Below are positions 20,610-30,340 of a stretch of 64,000 bases of DNA, piece after piece. Location: contig DUOO01000033.1 of the NCBI GenBank assembly GCA_012838795.1, forward strand, positions 64,058 to 128,057, read 5' to 3'. Made by a program: the position numbers and the translations under genes. Source of the DNA: Clostridiaceae bacterium. Lineage in GTDB: Bacteria > Bacillota > Clostridia > Saccharofermentanales > DTU023. Within the stretch, counting starts at the first letter, position 1. Each line of letters opens with the position of its first letter. The notes beneath the pieces are model-generated. The model searched no databases. It saw nothing but the letters and a program-made list of their open reading frames with translations, and was not told where the DNA came from.

Positions 20610-20954
20610 ATGTCAGGAAAAAAGCTGGTAAAACAACATAATTATTTATGCATTCTTTTAGATTATTACGGAAATTTGTTGACTCAAAGGAGACAACAAA
20701 TATTAAACATGTCACTAGAGGATGACATGTCACTTTCGGAGATAGCGGAAACACTGAATATTTCCCGACAAGCAGTTCATGATAATATTCAGCAAGCCGT
20801 TGAACAGCTTAAACAATATGAATCTTATCTTGGTATAGTTCATAAAGATCAGAGTTTAGTAAGTAAAGTAGATCATATCTTAAACAATTATGGTTTCGAT
20901 CAAAATCCTGAGATTATTTGTGAATTAGAAGAATTAAAAGCGATGATTTTATAA
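20610..20954 (+). CDS. ylxM: YlxM / UPF0122 helix-turn-helix protein of the ffh operon
   Basis: LLDYYGNLLTQRRQQILN...MSLSEIAETLNISRQAVHDNI resembles B. subtilis YlxM, and the gene sits directly upstream of ffh. The ATG at 20610 fits the family length better than the TTG at 20571. Confidence 0.8.
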   Translation: MSGKKLVKQHNYLCILLDYYGNLLTQRRQQILNMSLEDDMSLSEIAETLNISRQAVHDNIQQAVEQLKQYESYLGIVHKDQSLVSKVDHILNNYGFDQNPEIICELEELKAMIL

Positions 20955-20969
20955 ATTGAGAGGATATTT

Positions 20970-22322
20970 ATGGCACTCTTCAGTAGTTTATCTGACAAAT
21001 TAAAAGCAATTACCGATCGTATGCAGGGCAAAATGCGCGTCACAGAAAAAGATATTAAAGAGATGATGCGTGAAATCAGGTTGGCTCTTTTGGAAGCTGA
21101 TGTTCATTTCAAAGTTGTAAAAGAACTGATAGATGAGATTTCCGTCAAAGCTAAAGGTGCAGATGTAATGGAAAGTTTAACACCGGGGCAACAGGTAGTT
21201 AAAGTTGTTCATGAGTCATTGATCGATATTTTCGGTAAAGAGAATACTAAATTGGCAGTTTCACCTGACGGTTTTACCGTAATAATGTTATATGGTCTGC
21301 AAGGTTCAGGTAAAACCACAACTGCGGCAAAATTAGCTCGTCATTTGAAAAACAATGGCAAAAAACCTTTTTTGACTTCAGTTGACGTGCATCGTCCTGC
21401 TGCTCAAGAACAATTGGTTGTTTTAGCAGAACAAATCGATGTGCCTTATCATATCAATCCGCAAGAAAAGTCAGCTCCGTCAATTGCTCGCAGTGCAATA
21501 GAGAGAGCTAAATATTTGTTGTGCGATACACTGATTGTGGACACCGCAGGTCGCATGACGGTTGATCCGGAGTTAATGCAGGAATTAAGAGAAATCAATG
21601 AAACCGTAAAACCTACGGAGCGTCTGCTGATTGTTGATGCAATGATCGGTCAGGAAGCGGTAAATATTGCACTTGAATTTGAAAAAGAAATAGGCATAGA
21701 TGGTTTTATTATGACCAAACTTGATGGTGATGCGAGAGGCGGTGCAGCGCTGTCGATTCGCCATATGACCGGTAAACCGATCAAAATGATTGCCACCGGT
21801 GAAAAGCTGGATGCTTTGGAAGAGTTTCATCCGGAACGCATGGCTTCGAGAATTCTCGGTATGGGTGATGTTTTAACTTTGATCGAAAAAGCCAGTGCCG
21901 CAATTGACGAAAAAAAAGCTCAAGAAGCCTATGAAAGAATGCGTAAGAATCAGTTTACGCTGGATGATATGCTGGAACAATTTGAGCAAATGAATAAAAT
22001 GGGTGGTGTACAGAGTATTTTGTCCATGCTTCCCGGTGTAGGCAAGAAAATTGATTCAAACGCCGTAGATGATAAAAGAATGCAAAGAACAGCAGCAATC
22101 ATTAAGTCAATGACTCCCAAAGAACGTGAAACTCCGAGAATATTGAATGCCAGTCGTCGTAAAAGAATTGCAGCCGGCAGCGGAGTTCAAGTTTCTGATG
22201 TTAATCAACTAATTAAGCAATTTAATGAAATGCAAAAAATGATGAAACAATTTACTCGAATGGGAAGAGGTAAACAACGTCGCATGATGCAACAATTCGG
22301 CGGCGGAGATCTTCCGTTCTGA
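20970..22322 (+). CDS. ffh: Signal recognition particle protein Ffh
   Basis: [15 protein letters not shown] and [14 protein letters not shown] motifs, plus a Met-rich C-terminal M domain. Confidence 0.97.
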   Translation: MALFSSLSDKLKAITDRMQGKMRVTEKDIKEMMREIRLALLEADVHFKVVKELIDEISVKAKGADVMESLTPGQQVVKVVHESLIDIFGKENTKLAVSPDGFTVIMLYGLQGSGKTTTAAKLARHLKNNGKKPFLTSVDVHRPAAQEQLVVLAEQIDVPYHINPQEKSAPSIARSAIERAKYLLCDTLIVDTAGRMTVDPELMQELREINETVKPTERLLIVDAMIGQEAVNIALEFEKEIGIDGFIMTKLDGDARGGAALSIRHMTGKPIKMIATGEKLDALEEFHPERMASRILGMGDVLTLIEKASAAIDEKKAQEAYERMRKNQFTLDDMLEQFEQMNKMGGVQSILSMLPGVGKKIDSNAVDDKRMQRTAAIIKSMTPKERETPRILNASRRKRIAAGSGVQVSDVNQLIKQFNEMQKMMKQFTRMGRGKQRRMMQQFGGGDLPF

Positions 22323-22357
22323 TAATAAAAACTTTTTGTATATTTGGAGGAAATACA

Positions 22358-22645
22358 ATGGCAGTAAAAATTCGTTTAAAACGTATCGGAGCAAAAAAAC
22401 AACCTTCCTATCGTGTGGTTGTTGCGGATTCAAGATCACCCAGAGATGGCAGATTTATCGAAGAAATCGGTTTTTATAACCCGCTGGTTGAGCCGGCAGA
22501 TGTCAGACTGGATTTGGAAAAAGTTGATCAGTGGATAAAAAACGGTGCCAAACCGACTGATACAGTCAGAGCTTTAATCAACAAAGCCAAACAAGCTGAT
22601 ACAAAAACAGAAGCTCCTGATAAAAAAGAAAAAACAGGTGAATAA
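22358..22645 (+). CDS. rpsP: 30S ribosomal protein S16
   Basis: [35 protein letters not shown] is canonical S16. GGAGG RBS. Confidence 0.97.
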   Translation: MAVKIRLKRIGAKKQPSYRVVVADSRSPRDGRFIEEIGFYNPLVEPADVRLDLEKVDQWIKNGAKPTDTVRALINKAKQADTKTEAPDKKEKTGE

Positions 22646-22648
22646 TAA

Positions 22649-22885
22649 ATGATAGATCTATTAAAAACATTGGTAGAGCCTTTAGTTGACAATATTAACG
22701 ATGTGCGTATTGATCAAATGGAACGAGGAAACACCGTAGTTTTAGAAGTCAGAGTTAATCCTGAAGACATGGGCCGTTTAATCGGACGTCGTGGTCGCAG
22801 GGCTCAGGCTATCCGTTCAGTCATGCGCGCAAAAGCAAAATTAGAAAACAAACGGGTTATCGTAGACATCGTTGACCCGGAATAA
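22649..22885 (+). CDS. KH-domain RNA-binding protein (YlqC/UPF0109)
   Basis: 78 aa with the GRLIGRRGR KH GXXG loop. Conserved position between rpsP and rimM. Confidence 0.85.
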   Translation: MIDLLKTLVEPLVDNINDVRIDQMERGNTVVLEVRVNPEDMGRLIGRRGRRAQAIRSVMRAKAKLENKRVIVDIVDPE

Positions 22886-22895
22886 GTTTAAAAAC

Positions 22896-23429
22896 ATGAC
22901 GAATTTGACAGAACGTTTTGTTATAGGCCGCATAGGAAAACCTCGTGGTTTAAAAGGTGAATTGCGAGTGTTTCCTTTGACTGATGAGATTGAACGTTTC
23001 CAAAACTTAAAATCTTGCTATCTTGAAGATCAACAGGAAAATATTCTGGCAGAACTTCAAATCGCTAAATGCAGGATAGTGCATGATCAAGTCAGTATCA
23101 TATTCAAAAATTATGATACTCGTGATCTTGCAGAAAAATTGAAAAATCAATTTATCAGTGTGGCACGTTCGGAAGCGATAGTTTTGTCTGAAGATGAATA
23201 TTTTGTAGCGGATTTAATTGGTTGTGAAGTCTATGACCAGAATAAAGGATATCTCGGTATAGTATCACAAATTCAAAAAAACTCGGCTAATGATGTGGTG
23301 ATTGTTTGTAAATCCGGAGAAAAAGATTTACTATATCCGAATTTGCGCAATATTGTGCAACAAGTTGATCTTGCTCAAGGTAGAATTGATGTACTGTTAC
23401 CACCGGGTCTTTATGAGATTTATCGATAA
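22896..23429 (+). CDS. rimM: 16S rRNA processing protein RimM
   Basis: VIGRIGKPRGLKGELRV N-terminus and a PRC-barrel C-terminal part. The ATG at 22896 is preferred; the TTG at 22872 is possible. Confidence 0.88.
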   Translation: MTNLTERFVIGRIGKPRGLKGELRVFPLTDEIERFQNLKSCYLEDQQENILAELQIAKCRIVHDQVSIIFKNYDTRDLAEKLKNQFISVARSEAIVLSEDEYFVADLIGCEVYDQNKGYLGIVSQIQKNSANDVVIVCKSGEKDLLYPNLRNIVQQVDLAQGRIDVLLPPGLYEIYR

Positions 23430-23524
23430 ACCGATGATTATATTTAAGCTGCAGAAACGATAGTATTTAATCAAAGATCAATGGGGAAATGACACTGGAG
23501 CTACAGAAGTAACTAACAATCTTT

Positions 23525-24361
23525 ATGAACAAATTTTCAGTACTTACATTATTTCCGGAAATAATTGAACAAGGCTTAAATTACAGTATAACCGGCAGAG
23601 CAATTGCGGATTGTTTGATTGAATTGAATTTGGTCAATATCAGAGATTTTGCCATTAATAAATACGGACAAATCGATGACAAACTATACGGAGGGGGAAG
23701 CGGCATGTTGATGATGCCGGAACCGATCTTAGCAGCCTGGCTGAGTATTTATCAAACGGATCCTCAAGAATTTATCTCGGAATTTGCAGAAGAGTCGAAC
23801 CTTGGTTATTGGCAACACAGAATTAAAAAAGTTAGTCAAGACCGGATTATCTATCTCAGTCCCAAAGGTAAGATTTTCAATCAACAAATGGCGCTGGAGT
23901 TTTCTCAGGAAAAACATCTGGTTTTTCTATGTGGCCATTATGAAGGGGTCGACCAAAGAATTCTTGATGTATTGCAAGCAGAAGAAGTATCTTTAGGTGA
24001 TTTTGTATTGACCGGAGGCGAACCGGCACTAGTTGTAATGATTGATGCAATAAGTCGTTTAATTCCGGGAGTTTTGCCTAATACTGAAGCTTATCAATCA
24101 GATTCGCATTCTACCGGTTTGCTTGAAGAGCCGCAATATACCAGACCTGCAAATTGGCATGGCTTGAAAGTACCGGACATTTTACTTTCCGGTCATCAGG
24201 AGAATATTGAAAACTATCGGAAGAGTAAAAGTTTACTTGAAACATATAAAAAAAGACCTGATCTTCTTCAGAAAAAATCATCAGCACAGGATAATGATTT
24301 ATCAGAAAAATTATCTGAACAAGATTGGCTTCTCCTAATTGACAGTTTGAAAAACAATTGA
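23525..24361 (+). CDS. trmD: tRNA (guanine37-N1)-methyltransferase TrmD
   Basis: FSVLTLFPE, YGGGSGMLM, CGHYEGVDQR, GDFVLTGGE and LLEEPQYTRP motifs. It has a small internal insertion and a ~35-aa C-terminal tail relative to typical ~245-aa TrmD. Confidence 0.92.
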   Translation: MNKFSVLTLFPEIIEQGLNYSITGRAIADCLIELNLVNIRDFAINKYGQIDDKLYGGGSGMLMMPEPILAAWLSIYQTDPQEFISEFAEESNLGYWQHRIKKVSQDRIIYLSPKGKIFNQQMALEFSQEKHLVFLCGHYEGVDQRILDVLQAEEVSLGDFVLTGGEPALVVMIDAISRLIPGVLPNTEAYQSDSHSTGLLEEPQYTRPANWHGLKVPDILLSGHQENIENYRKSKSLLETYKKRPDLLQKKSSAQDNDLSEKLSEQDWLLLIDSLKNN

Positions 24362-24374
24362 TACAATCTTTTAG

Positions 24375-24439
24375 GTTAAATATCGGTGGTCCGCTGCAAT
24401 TGCGTGCAAGAACACCTGCAAAGAGAGGAGGAACGCAAT
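24375..24439 (+). promoter_or_regulatory. GC-rich structured leader upstream of rplS (possibly an L19-leader type element)
   Basis: CGGTGGTCCGCTGCAATTGCGTGCAAGAACACCTGC is locally GC-rich. GGTG/CACC closes a GCAATTGC palindrome directly before the GAGAGGAGG RBS. An L19 autoregulatory leader is known in low-GC Gram-positives, but I cannot align this to its consensus from memory. Confidence 0.3.
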
Positions 24440-24817
24440 ATGGACTTGATAAAAGCTGTTGAACAACAACAAATCAAAAAAGCTCATAAACATGTTTCAG
24501 TCGGTGATCATGTTAAGGTACATCTCCAAATTAAAGAAGGAACACGCGAACGTATTCAGATTTATGAAGGAACTGTTATTGCACGTAAAGGTGCCGGTTT
24601 AAGTGAAACGATTACGGTACGTCGCATTTCTTACGGTGTTGGTATTGAACGTGTTTTCCCGTTACATTCACCACGTGTAGTAAGAATTGAGATTGTACGC
24701 AAAGGCAGAGTACGCAGAGCTAAACTTTATTACATTCGTAAGCGGGTAGGTAAAGCTGCCAGAGTAAGAGAAAGACTCATGAGCAGAGAAGAACGCGCGA
24801 TGTACGAAAAAGAATAA
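24440..24817 (+). CDS. rplS: 50S ribosomal protein L19
   Basis: [29 protein letters not shown]...[24 protein letters not shown] at 24440 behind a GAGAGGAGG RBS; the ORF-track GTG at 24386 is too long for L19. Confidence 0.95.
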   Translation: MDLIKAVEQQQIKKAHKHVSVGDHVKVHLQIKEGTRERIQIYEGTVIARKGAGLSETITVRRISYGVGIERVFPLHSPRVVRIEIVRKGRVRRAKLYYIRKRVGKAARVRERLMSREERAMYEKE

Positions 24818-24830
24818 TTCATAACCAAAG

Positions 24831-24860
24831 CCGCTCAGCAAATAGTTGCAGCGGTTTTTT
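24831..24860 (+). terminator. Intrinsic terminator after rplS
   Basis: CCGCT(ca)GCA ... TGCAGCGG hairpin followed by T6. Confidence 0.75.
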
Positions 24861-24877
24861 AATAATCAGAGGATAGG

Positions 24878-25789
24878 ATGATGGCGAAAATTAATTGGTT
24901 TCCCGGACATATGGCTAAAAGTCTTAAAGAGTTGAAAAACAGCATTTCAGCTTGTGACTATATCATTGAAACGTGTGATGCCAGATTACCTTTATCCTCA
25001 CGTAATCCTAAATTGAATAAAGCTTTGCAGGATAAGCGATACATGTTATTGCTGACAAAGAGTGATTTGGCTGATCCGATACAAACTGCCAAATGGATAG
25101 ATTTTTTTTTACGGCAAAAATCAGATAATTTAATTTCTGTTATGGCTGTCAATTCTCTTAATCAAACTGAAATTAATAAAATTAGGATAAGAGCTTTGGC
25201 AGATAATCAATATATTATTGATCGTGCAAAATCAAGAGGACGACGTATTAAACCGATTCGTATTATGATCAACGGCATTCCCAACACCGGCAAATCAACC
25301 TTAATAAATGGTTTAATCAGAAAAAAATCTGCTAAAGTATCCAATCGTCCGGGAGTGACTCGTTCATTAAATTGGCTGCGGGCAGGCACGGAATTTGAAT
25401 TGCTAGATACACCAGGCATTCTTATGCCTAAATTGGAAACAGTAGCTGAACAAATTAAATTGGGTATCAGCGGTGCGATTAAAGATGATGTTCTTCCGTT
25501 AATTGAAGTGGCATGCGGCTTAGTTGTAATTCTGGCACAACAATATCCGCAAATTTTTGCTGACCTATATGAAATTAAGTTAAATAAGGAAGCTGACTAC
25601 AGTACTTGGCTTACCTCTCATGAATTACTGGAAAAGATTGCTGTGAGATTAAATATCATAAAAAGTGGTGGAGTTCCTGATTTGGAAAGAACAGCTCGCA
25701 GATTGCTCACTGAATTTCGTCAAGGTAAACTTGGTCGTTTCACTTTGGAATTTTTCGATCAAGAAATAGTATTTCCTGCCTCATTATAG
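24878..25789 (+). CDS. rbgA: Ribosome biogenesis GTPase A (RbgA/YlqF)
   Basis: INWFPGHMAK start and circularly permuted GTPase motifs (LTKSDL ... GIPNTGKST ... DTPG). Conserved position after rplS. Confidence 0.92.
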   Translation: MMAKINWFPGHMAKSLKELKNSISACDYIIETCDARLPLSSRNPKLNKALQDKRYMLLLTKSDLADPIQTAKWIDFFLRQKSDNLISVMAVNSLNQTEINKIRIRALADNQYIIDRAKSRGRRIKPIRIMINGIPNTGKSTLINGLIRKKSAKVSNRPGVTRSLNWLRAGTEFELLDTPGILMPKLETVAEQIKLGISGAIKDDVLPLIEVACGLVVILAQQYPQIFADLYEIKLNKEADYSTWLTSHELLEKIAVRLNIIKSGGVPDLERTARRLLTEFRQGKLGRFTLEFFDQEIVFPASL

Positions 25790-25798
25790 AAGAGTGAA

Positions 25799-26896
25799 AT
25801 GAAAACAAATATGACTAAACAATATATATTTCGCTTAACTGAACAAGATTATGCTCGCTTTGCCCAAATGTCGGAAATAGAAAATAAATATTATAGTGAA
25901 GGTTATAGAATAATTGCCGGTATCGATGAAGCGGGCAGAGGACCGTTGGCAGGTCCGGTATTTTGCGCAGCCTGCATTCTTGATCCGAACAAACCAATTT
26001 ATGGTTTAAATGATTCGAAAAAATTAACTGAAAAAAGAAGAAATTATTTGTATAAAGTAATCAAAGAGCAGGCTTTAGCATACAAAATTGTTTCTGTTTC
26101 TATGGAAGAAATAGAAGATAATAATATTTTAGGGGCTACTAAAAGAGGCATGACAGATGCTGCTTTAGGCTTAGATTTGCATCCGGATTTGTTGTTGATT
26201 GATGCAGAGCGCTTACAAGACGAAAGACTCCCGGCTCAACGCAGTATCAAACATGGAGATGCGGTTTCGAACAGTATAGCGGCAGCTTCTGTTCTTGCTA
26301 AAGTCAGTCGTGACAACTTTATGATTGCTATGGATGAGATCTATCCGGAATATCAATTTGCGAAACATAAAGGATATGCGACGGCAGCTCACTATGCTGC
26401 AATTAAAAAACATGGAATTTGCGAATTACATCGATTAAGTTTTTTGCATAAATTACGTTTGGGCAGTACAAAAAATCAAAAACATAGGACTTATCCGGAA
26501 CGAGAAAATGATCATAATTCCGATACTATGAAAATGAGTGCAACTTCAACAAACAAAGGTGTTTCGGCCGAAAATCAAGTAGCGAAAAATTTGACAGATG
26601 TCGGATATAAAGTCCTGGAACAGAATTTCTGGCTGCGTCCTTACGGTGAAATAGATTTGATTTTACAAAAGAATAAGCGATTATGTTTTGTTGAAGTAAA
26701 ATCAAGACAAAGTTCAAATTATAAAGAACAAGCAATTGGCGCACTGGATGATAATAAAAAATGGCGTATTAAAAAATTGGCTGAATACTATGCAATATCC
26801 CGCAAAATTGATTTTGAAGAAATGATATTCCTTTTGGCTGCCTGCAAATTAAATTCAAATAATCAAATCGAGAAAATTAAATACTACAATTTTTGA
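25799..26896 (+). CDS. rnhB: Ribonuclease HII fused in frame to a YraN/UPF0102 endonuclease-like domain
   Basis: Residues ~40-218 are RNase HII (GIDEAGRGPLAGPV, DSKKL, HGDA..SIAAASVLAKV, HRLSF). After a ~35-aa polar linker, residues ~255-365 carry YraN hallmarks (G.SAENQVAKNL...GY..LEQNF....GEIDLIL...CFVEVKSR). No stop codon separates the two parts. Confidence 0.8.
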   Translation: MKTNMTKQYIFRLTEQDYARFAQMSEIENKYYSEGYRIIAGIDEAGRGPLAGPVFCAACILDPNKPIYGLNDSKKLTEKRRNYLYKVIKEQALAYKIVSVSMEEIEDNNILGATKRGMTDAALGLDLHPDLLLIDAERLQDERLPAQRSIKHGDAVSNSIAAASVLAKVSRDNFMIAMDEIYPEYQFAKHKGYATAAHYAAIKKHGICELHRLSFLHKLRLGSTKNQKHRTYPERENDHNSDTMKMSATSTNKGVSAENQVAKNLTDVGYKVLEQNFWLRPYGEIDLILQKNKRLCFVEVKSRQSSNYKEQAIGALDDNKKWRIKKLAEYYAISRKIDFEEMIFLLAACKLNSNNQIEKIKYYNF

Positions 26897-27043
26897 TTTA
26901 ATGACAATATATTTAAAATAAAAATATCATGTATGCAAACAATGAAAATCATTTAAGAAGATCACAAATAAGATTAATCTGTTCCGAAACAATGTTTTCT
27001 TAATAATGTTCAGATAGTTGTGAATTCAAGGGTTTCTATTACG

Positions 27044-27070
27044 TTGTAATTACAAGCTTGCAATTTGCAA
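27044..27070. promoter_or_regulatory. Palindromic candidate operator(s) upstream of the GntR regulator
   Basis: Perfect 12-nt palindrome TTGTAATTACAA (27044-27055), followed by TTGCAA-T-TTGCAA (27058-27070), about 60-90 nt upstream of the GntR start. Confidence 0.35.
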
Positions 27071-27131
27071 ATAAATCCATTAAGTTTATGATAAGATGTA
27101 ACAACAACTAGATTTTTAAGGAGTTTTAAGT

Positions 27132-27860
27132 ATGCGATTAGATAAACATAGCAGTATACCCTTATATGCTCAATTGAGAGAACTGTTAGTTGAGCAAATT
27201 CAAGACGGACGTTACAAACCGGGAGATAGAATTCCTTCTGAATTAACTTTATGTGAGGAACTTGATTTAAGTCGCCCTACAGTAAGACAAGCCATAGCGG
27301 ATTTAGTTGCTGATGGAATATTGGTTATAGAAAAGGGGAAAGGAACTTTTGTTGCCAAAGAACCTGAAAGATTTGTAATCGAGCATTTTAATGCACTTAC
27401 CTTTTCTTTTTTGAATTTTGATACTTATGAAGGAGTGGGCCTGAAACCGATAAAACTGATGGAACCTGATCCGGAATTAGATCGTATGTTTAAGTTTCCG
27501 CCTGACAAACCTCATCCCGGTTATTGGGTAGTTGAATGGCCGCTTCAAATAGATCATGAGATACTGGGAATCTGCTCATCATATGTACCGGTTCAAATTT
27601 TTCCGAAATTGGGGCAAAGCATTTCTGCCGGTAAAAGAATGGTCGATATTAAATCTAATAAATATGCTATGTTACCTCAAAAAGGCAGCTTAAATGTTTT
27701 AGCGCGTCCTGCTAAGAATAAAGAAGCAAAAGCCTTGAATATCCCGCGCAGAACATTCATCTTAGCGATTGAGGGACCTTTATTTTCACGTAGCGGTCAT
27801 GTTTGTGAAGTTTTACGTGTTGCATTGCGTCCGGATTTAGTCCAACTGGAGATGAATTAA
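27132..27860 (+). CDS. GntR-family transcriptional regulator (HutC-like, UTRA effector domain)
   Basis: N-terminal PLYAQLRELL...GDRIPSELTLCEELDLSRPTVRQAIADLVADGIL...GKGTFV winged-HTH. The ~160-aa C-terminal domain fits the UTRA length. Confidence 0.85.
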   Translation: MRLDKHSSIPLYAQLRELLVEQIQDGRYKPGDRIPSELTLCEELDLSRPTVRQAIADLVADGILVIEKGKGTFVAKEPERFVIEHFNALTFSFLNFDTYEGVGLKPIKLMEPDPELDRMFKFPPDKPHPGYWVVEWPLQIDHEILGICSSYVPVQIFPKLGQSISAGKRMVDIKSNKYAMLPQKGSLNVLARPAKNKEAKALNIPRRTFILAIEGPLFSRSGHVCEVLRVALRPDLVQLEMN

Positions 27861-27863
27861 AAC

Positions 27864-29009
27864 ATGAAATATTATTTTGACCATACTGCTACAAGTTTTA
27901 TTGAGCAGGATGTCATAGAATTTTTAGCAGAACAATTAATAAATAATAATTATAATCCGGCTGCCCTTTATACTTCAGGTATTGAGGCAGCCGCTTCAAT
28001 TGCAGAATCTGCTCGAACAATTGCAGAGATCCTGGGCGCTGAACCACAAGAAGTAATTATTACTTCCGGAGCGACAGAGTCAATCAATACGGCCTTGAAA
28101 GGTATAGTTTTCTCTCCGAATCCGAAATATAAAAGAATTATAACCAGTGCGGGTGAACATCCTGCAACAAATGAAACATTGAAATTCATTTCCCGACAAC
28201 TCAATTATACGATTGATTATTGTCCGCTTAATGCTAAAGGGGAAGTAAACTTAACAGAGTTGGAATCGCTTTTAGCTACAAATCAATATGATTTACTAAC
28301 GTTGATTCATGTAAATAATGTTTTAGGCAGTGTTAATCCACTTGCTCAAATTGTGAAGTTGCGTAATCAGTATCAGCCAGATTTGCCGATTCATCTTGAT
28401 GCTGTTCAAACACTTGGTAAAATTCCTTTTAATTTTAACAAAATGTCGATTGAACTGGCATCCTTTTCTCTGCATAAACTTGGCGGTCCGAAAGGTATCG
28501 GTATTTTATTAAAAGACAAAGCAACTCGGCTTGAACCTTTAATACATGGCGGAGGACAACAGAACAACCTGCGTTCAGGTACGGAAAATCCGGCACTGGT
28601 TGCAACAGTGGCATATATCCTTGAACGTATGCATAAAAAGATCGAACAAAATAATCAGGTCATTACCGAGCTTAAAGGATTTTTACTTGAGCAATTGAAG
28701 AAAGAGTCGATTAAACATCAAGTAATTTCTCCGGAAGATGCAGTTCCTCATATTATTTCAATTGCTTTTCCTGAATTACGTGCTGAAACATTGCTCAATA
28801 TTTTAGCGAGAGAAGGTATTGAGGTTTCAATCGGTTCTGCCTGTTCAAGCAAAAAATCAGAACGTAATCAGGTCCTGCAGGAATTGAATTTGCCGCACGG
28901 TTTAGATCAATATGTTTTACGAATTAGTTTAGATAAGAGTAATTCTCAAACTGAAATTAGTGATTTAGTCAGAATTATTAAAACAGCACTTGATAAATAT
29001 GCTGTATAA
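27864..29009 (+). CDS. Cysteine desulfurase (class V aminotransferase, NifS/NifZ-like)
   Basis: SGATESIN, DAVQ, SLHKLGGPKGIG (PLP-Lys) and GSACSS (catalytic Cys loop). Directly upstream of thiI, as with B. subtilis nifZ-thiI. Confidence 0.88.
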   Translation: MKYYFDHTATSFIEQDVIEFLAEQLINNNYNPAALYTSGIEAAASIAESARTIAEILGAEPQEVIITSGATESINTALKGIVFSPNPKYKRIITSAGEHPATNETLKFISRQLNYTIDYCPLNAKGEVNLTELESLLATNQYDLLTLIHVNNVLGSVNPLAQIVKLRNQYQPDLPIHLDAVQTLGKIPFNFNKMSIELASFSLHKLGGPKGIGILLKDKATRLEPLIHGGGQQNNLRSGTENPALVATVAYILERMHKKIEQNNQVITELKGFLLEQLKKESIKHQVISPEDAVPHIISIAFPELRAETLLNILAREGIEVSIGSACSSKKSERNQVLQELNLPHGLDQYVLRISLDKSNSQTEISDLVRIIKTALDKYAV

Positions 29010-29028
29010 TCGTTAAACTAATGCTTGT

Positions 29029-30252
29029 TTGTTAATAATTATATTAAATGAAAGAGTGATTATAATAGATTATCAAGAGCTTATTTTAATTCGTTTAGGC
29101 GAAATTGCCCTCAAAGGCTTGAACAGACGCAAGTTTGAAACACGCTTGATTTCTAATTTGCGCTATCGTTTACGTGATTTGGGCAAATTTAAAATATATC
29201 AGGATCAATCCAGAGTTTATATAGAAAAAAGAGAAAAAGATGAATTTAAGTTTCCGACCGGAGAAATACTGCATCGAATCAAAGATGTGTTCGGTTATGT
29301 TTCTGCCAGTCCGGTCAGGCGTTTTGCCAATGATATAGACCTTTTGTTTGCTCAAGTTAAGTCATATGTTGACGAATTATTTGACGACGGTGCGAAGCAT
29401 AGCTTTAAATTTGAAACGCGCCGGATTGATAAAAAATTTCCTTTAAATTCATATCAATTAAATTGTGATTTGGGCGAGAAAGTATTGACTGCTTATCCTG
29501 AACAAGCCACGGTTGATGTACATAATCCGGATTATTTATTTCAAATTGAAATACGTGAGGAAATCTATTTATATCATGAAATCCAACCGGCATATAGCGG
29601 ACTACCTGTAGGTACCGGCGGAACAGGCATGTTGTTGCTTTCGGGCGGCATTGACAGCCCGGTTGCCGGTTTTCAAATGGCATCGCGCGGTATGCAATTA
29701 GAAGCGATTTATTTTCACACATTTCCTTATACCGGAGATCAGGCGAAACAGAAAGTTATTGATCTGGCATCCAGATTAGGTGATTTTTGCGGAAAATTGC
29801 CGTTGCACATTGTTGATTTTACCGATATTCAATTGGAACTTAATCTAAAAGTACCGGAGAATATGTTAACCGTAATTATGCGTAGAATGATGATGCGGAT
29901 TGCAGATCGTTTAGCTGAAAATAATAAGATTAATTGCCTTATTACAGGTGAAAGTCTGGGACAAGTAGCGAGTCAAACAGTCGATGCCCTCAGATGTACA
30001 AATGCGGTGGTTGATCGACCGGTTTTCCGGCCTTTAATCGGTATTGATAAAAATGATACAATCAAATTGGCACGTGAGATAGATACGTATGAAACTTCAA
30101 TACTGCCATATGAAGATTGTTGTACAATTTTCGTTGCCAGACATCCGAAAATCAATCCGAATCTTTTTGATTGTGAACAAGCGGAAAAAGATTTGGATAT
30201 TGAATTTTTAGTCGAACAAGGCTTAAAGAAAATAGAAACGATTGTAGTATGA
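29029..30252 (+). CDS. thiI: tRNA 4-thiouridine synthase ThiI (no rhodanese domain)
   Basis: LIRLGEIALKG.NR..FE start, THUMP region and PP-loop LLSGGIDSPVA. The start codon is uncertain; the TTG at 29029 is the only in-frame start before the conserved N-terminus. Confidence 0.88.
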   Translation: MLIIILNERVIIIDYQELILIRLGEIALKGLNRRKFETRLISNLRYRLRDLGKFKIYQDQSRVYIEKREKDEFKFPTGEILHRIKDVFGYVSASPVRRFANDIDLLFAQVKSYVDELFDDGAKHSFKFETRRIDKKFPLNSYQLNCDLGEKVLTAYPEQATVDVHNPDYLFQIEIREEIYLYHEIQPAYSGLPVGTGGTGMLLLSGGIDSPVAGFQMASRGMQLEAIYFHTFPYTGDQAKQKVIDLASRLGDFCGKLPLHIVDFTDIQLELNLKVPENMLTVIMRRMMMRIADRLAENNKINCLITGESLGQVASQTVDALRCTNAVVDRPVFRPLIGIDKNDTIKLAREIDTYETSILPYEDCCTIFVARHPKINPNLFDCEQAEKDLDIEFLVEQGLKKIETIVV

Positions 30253-30340
30253 ACAAATGCTGATTAATCGATTTTTGAGATTTGTCCAACTATTCGGTCA
30301 AGAATAATAAAGGATTAATATAATTTGGAGGAAATATAAA

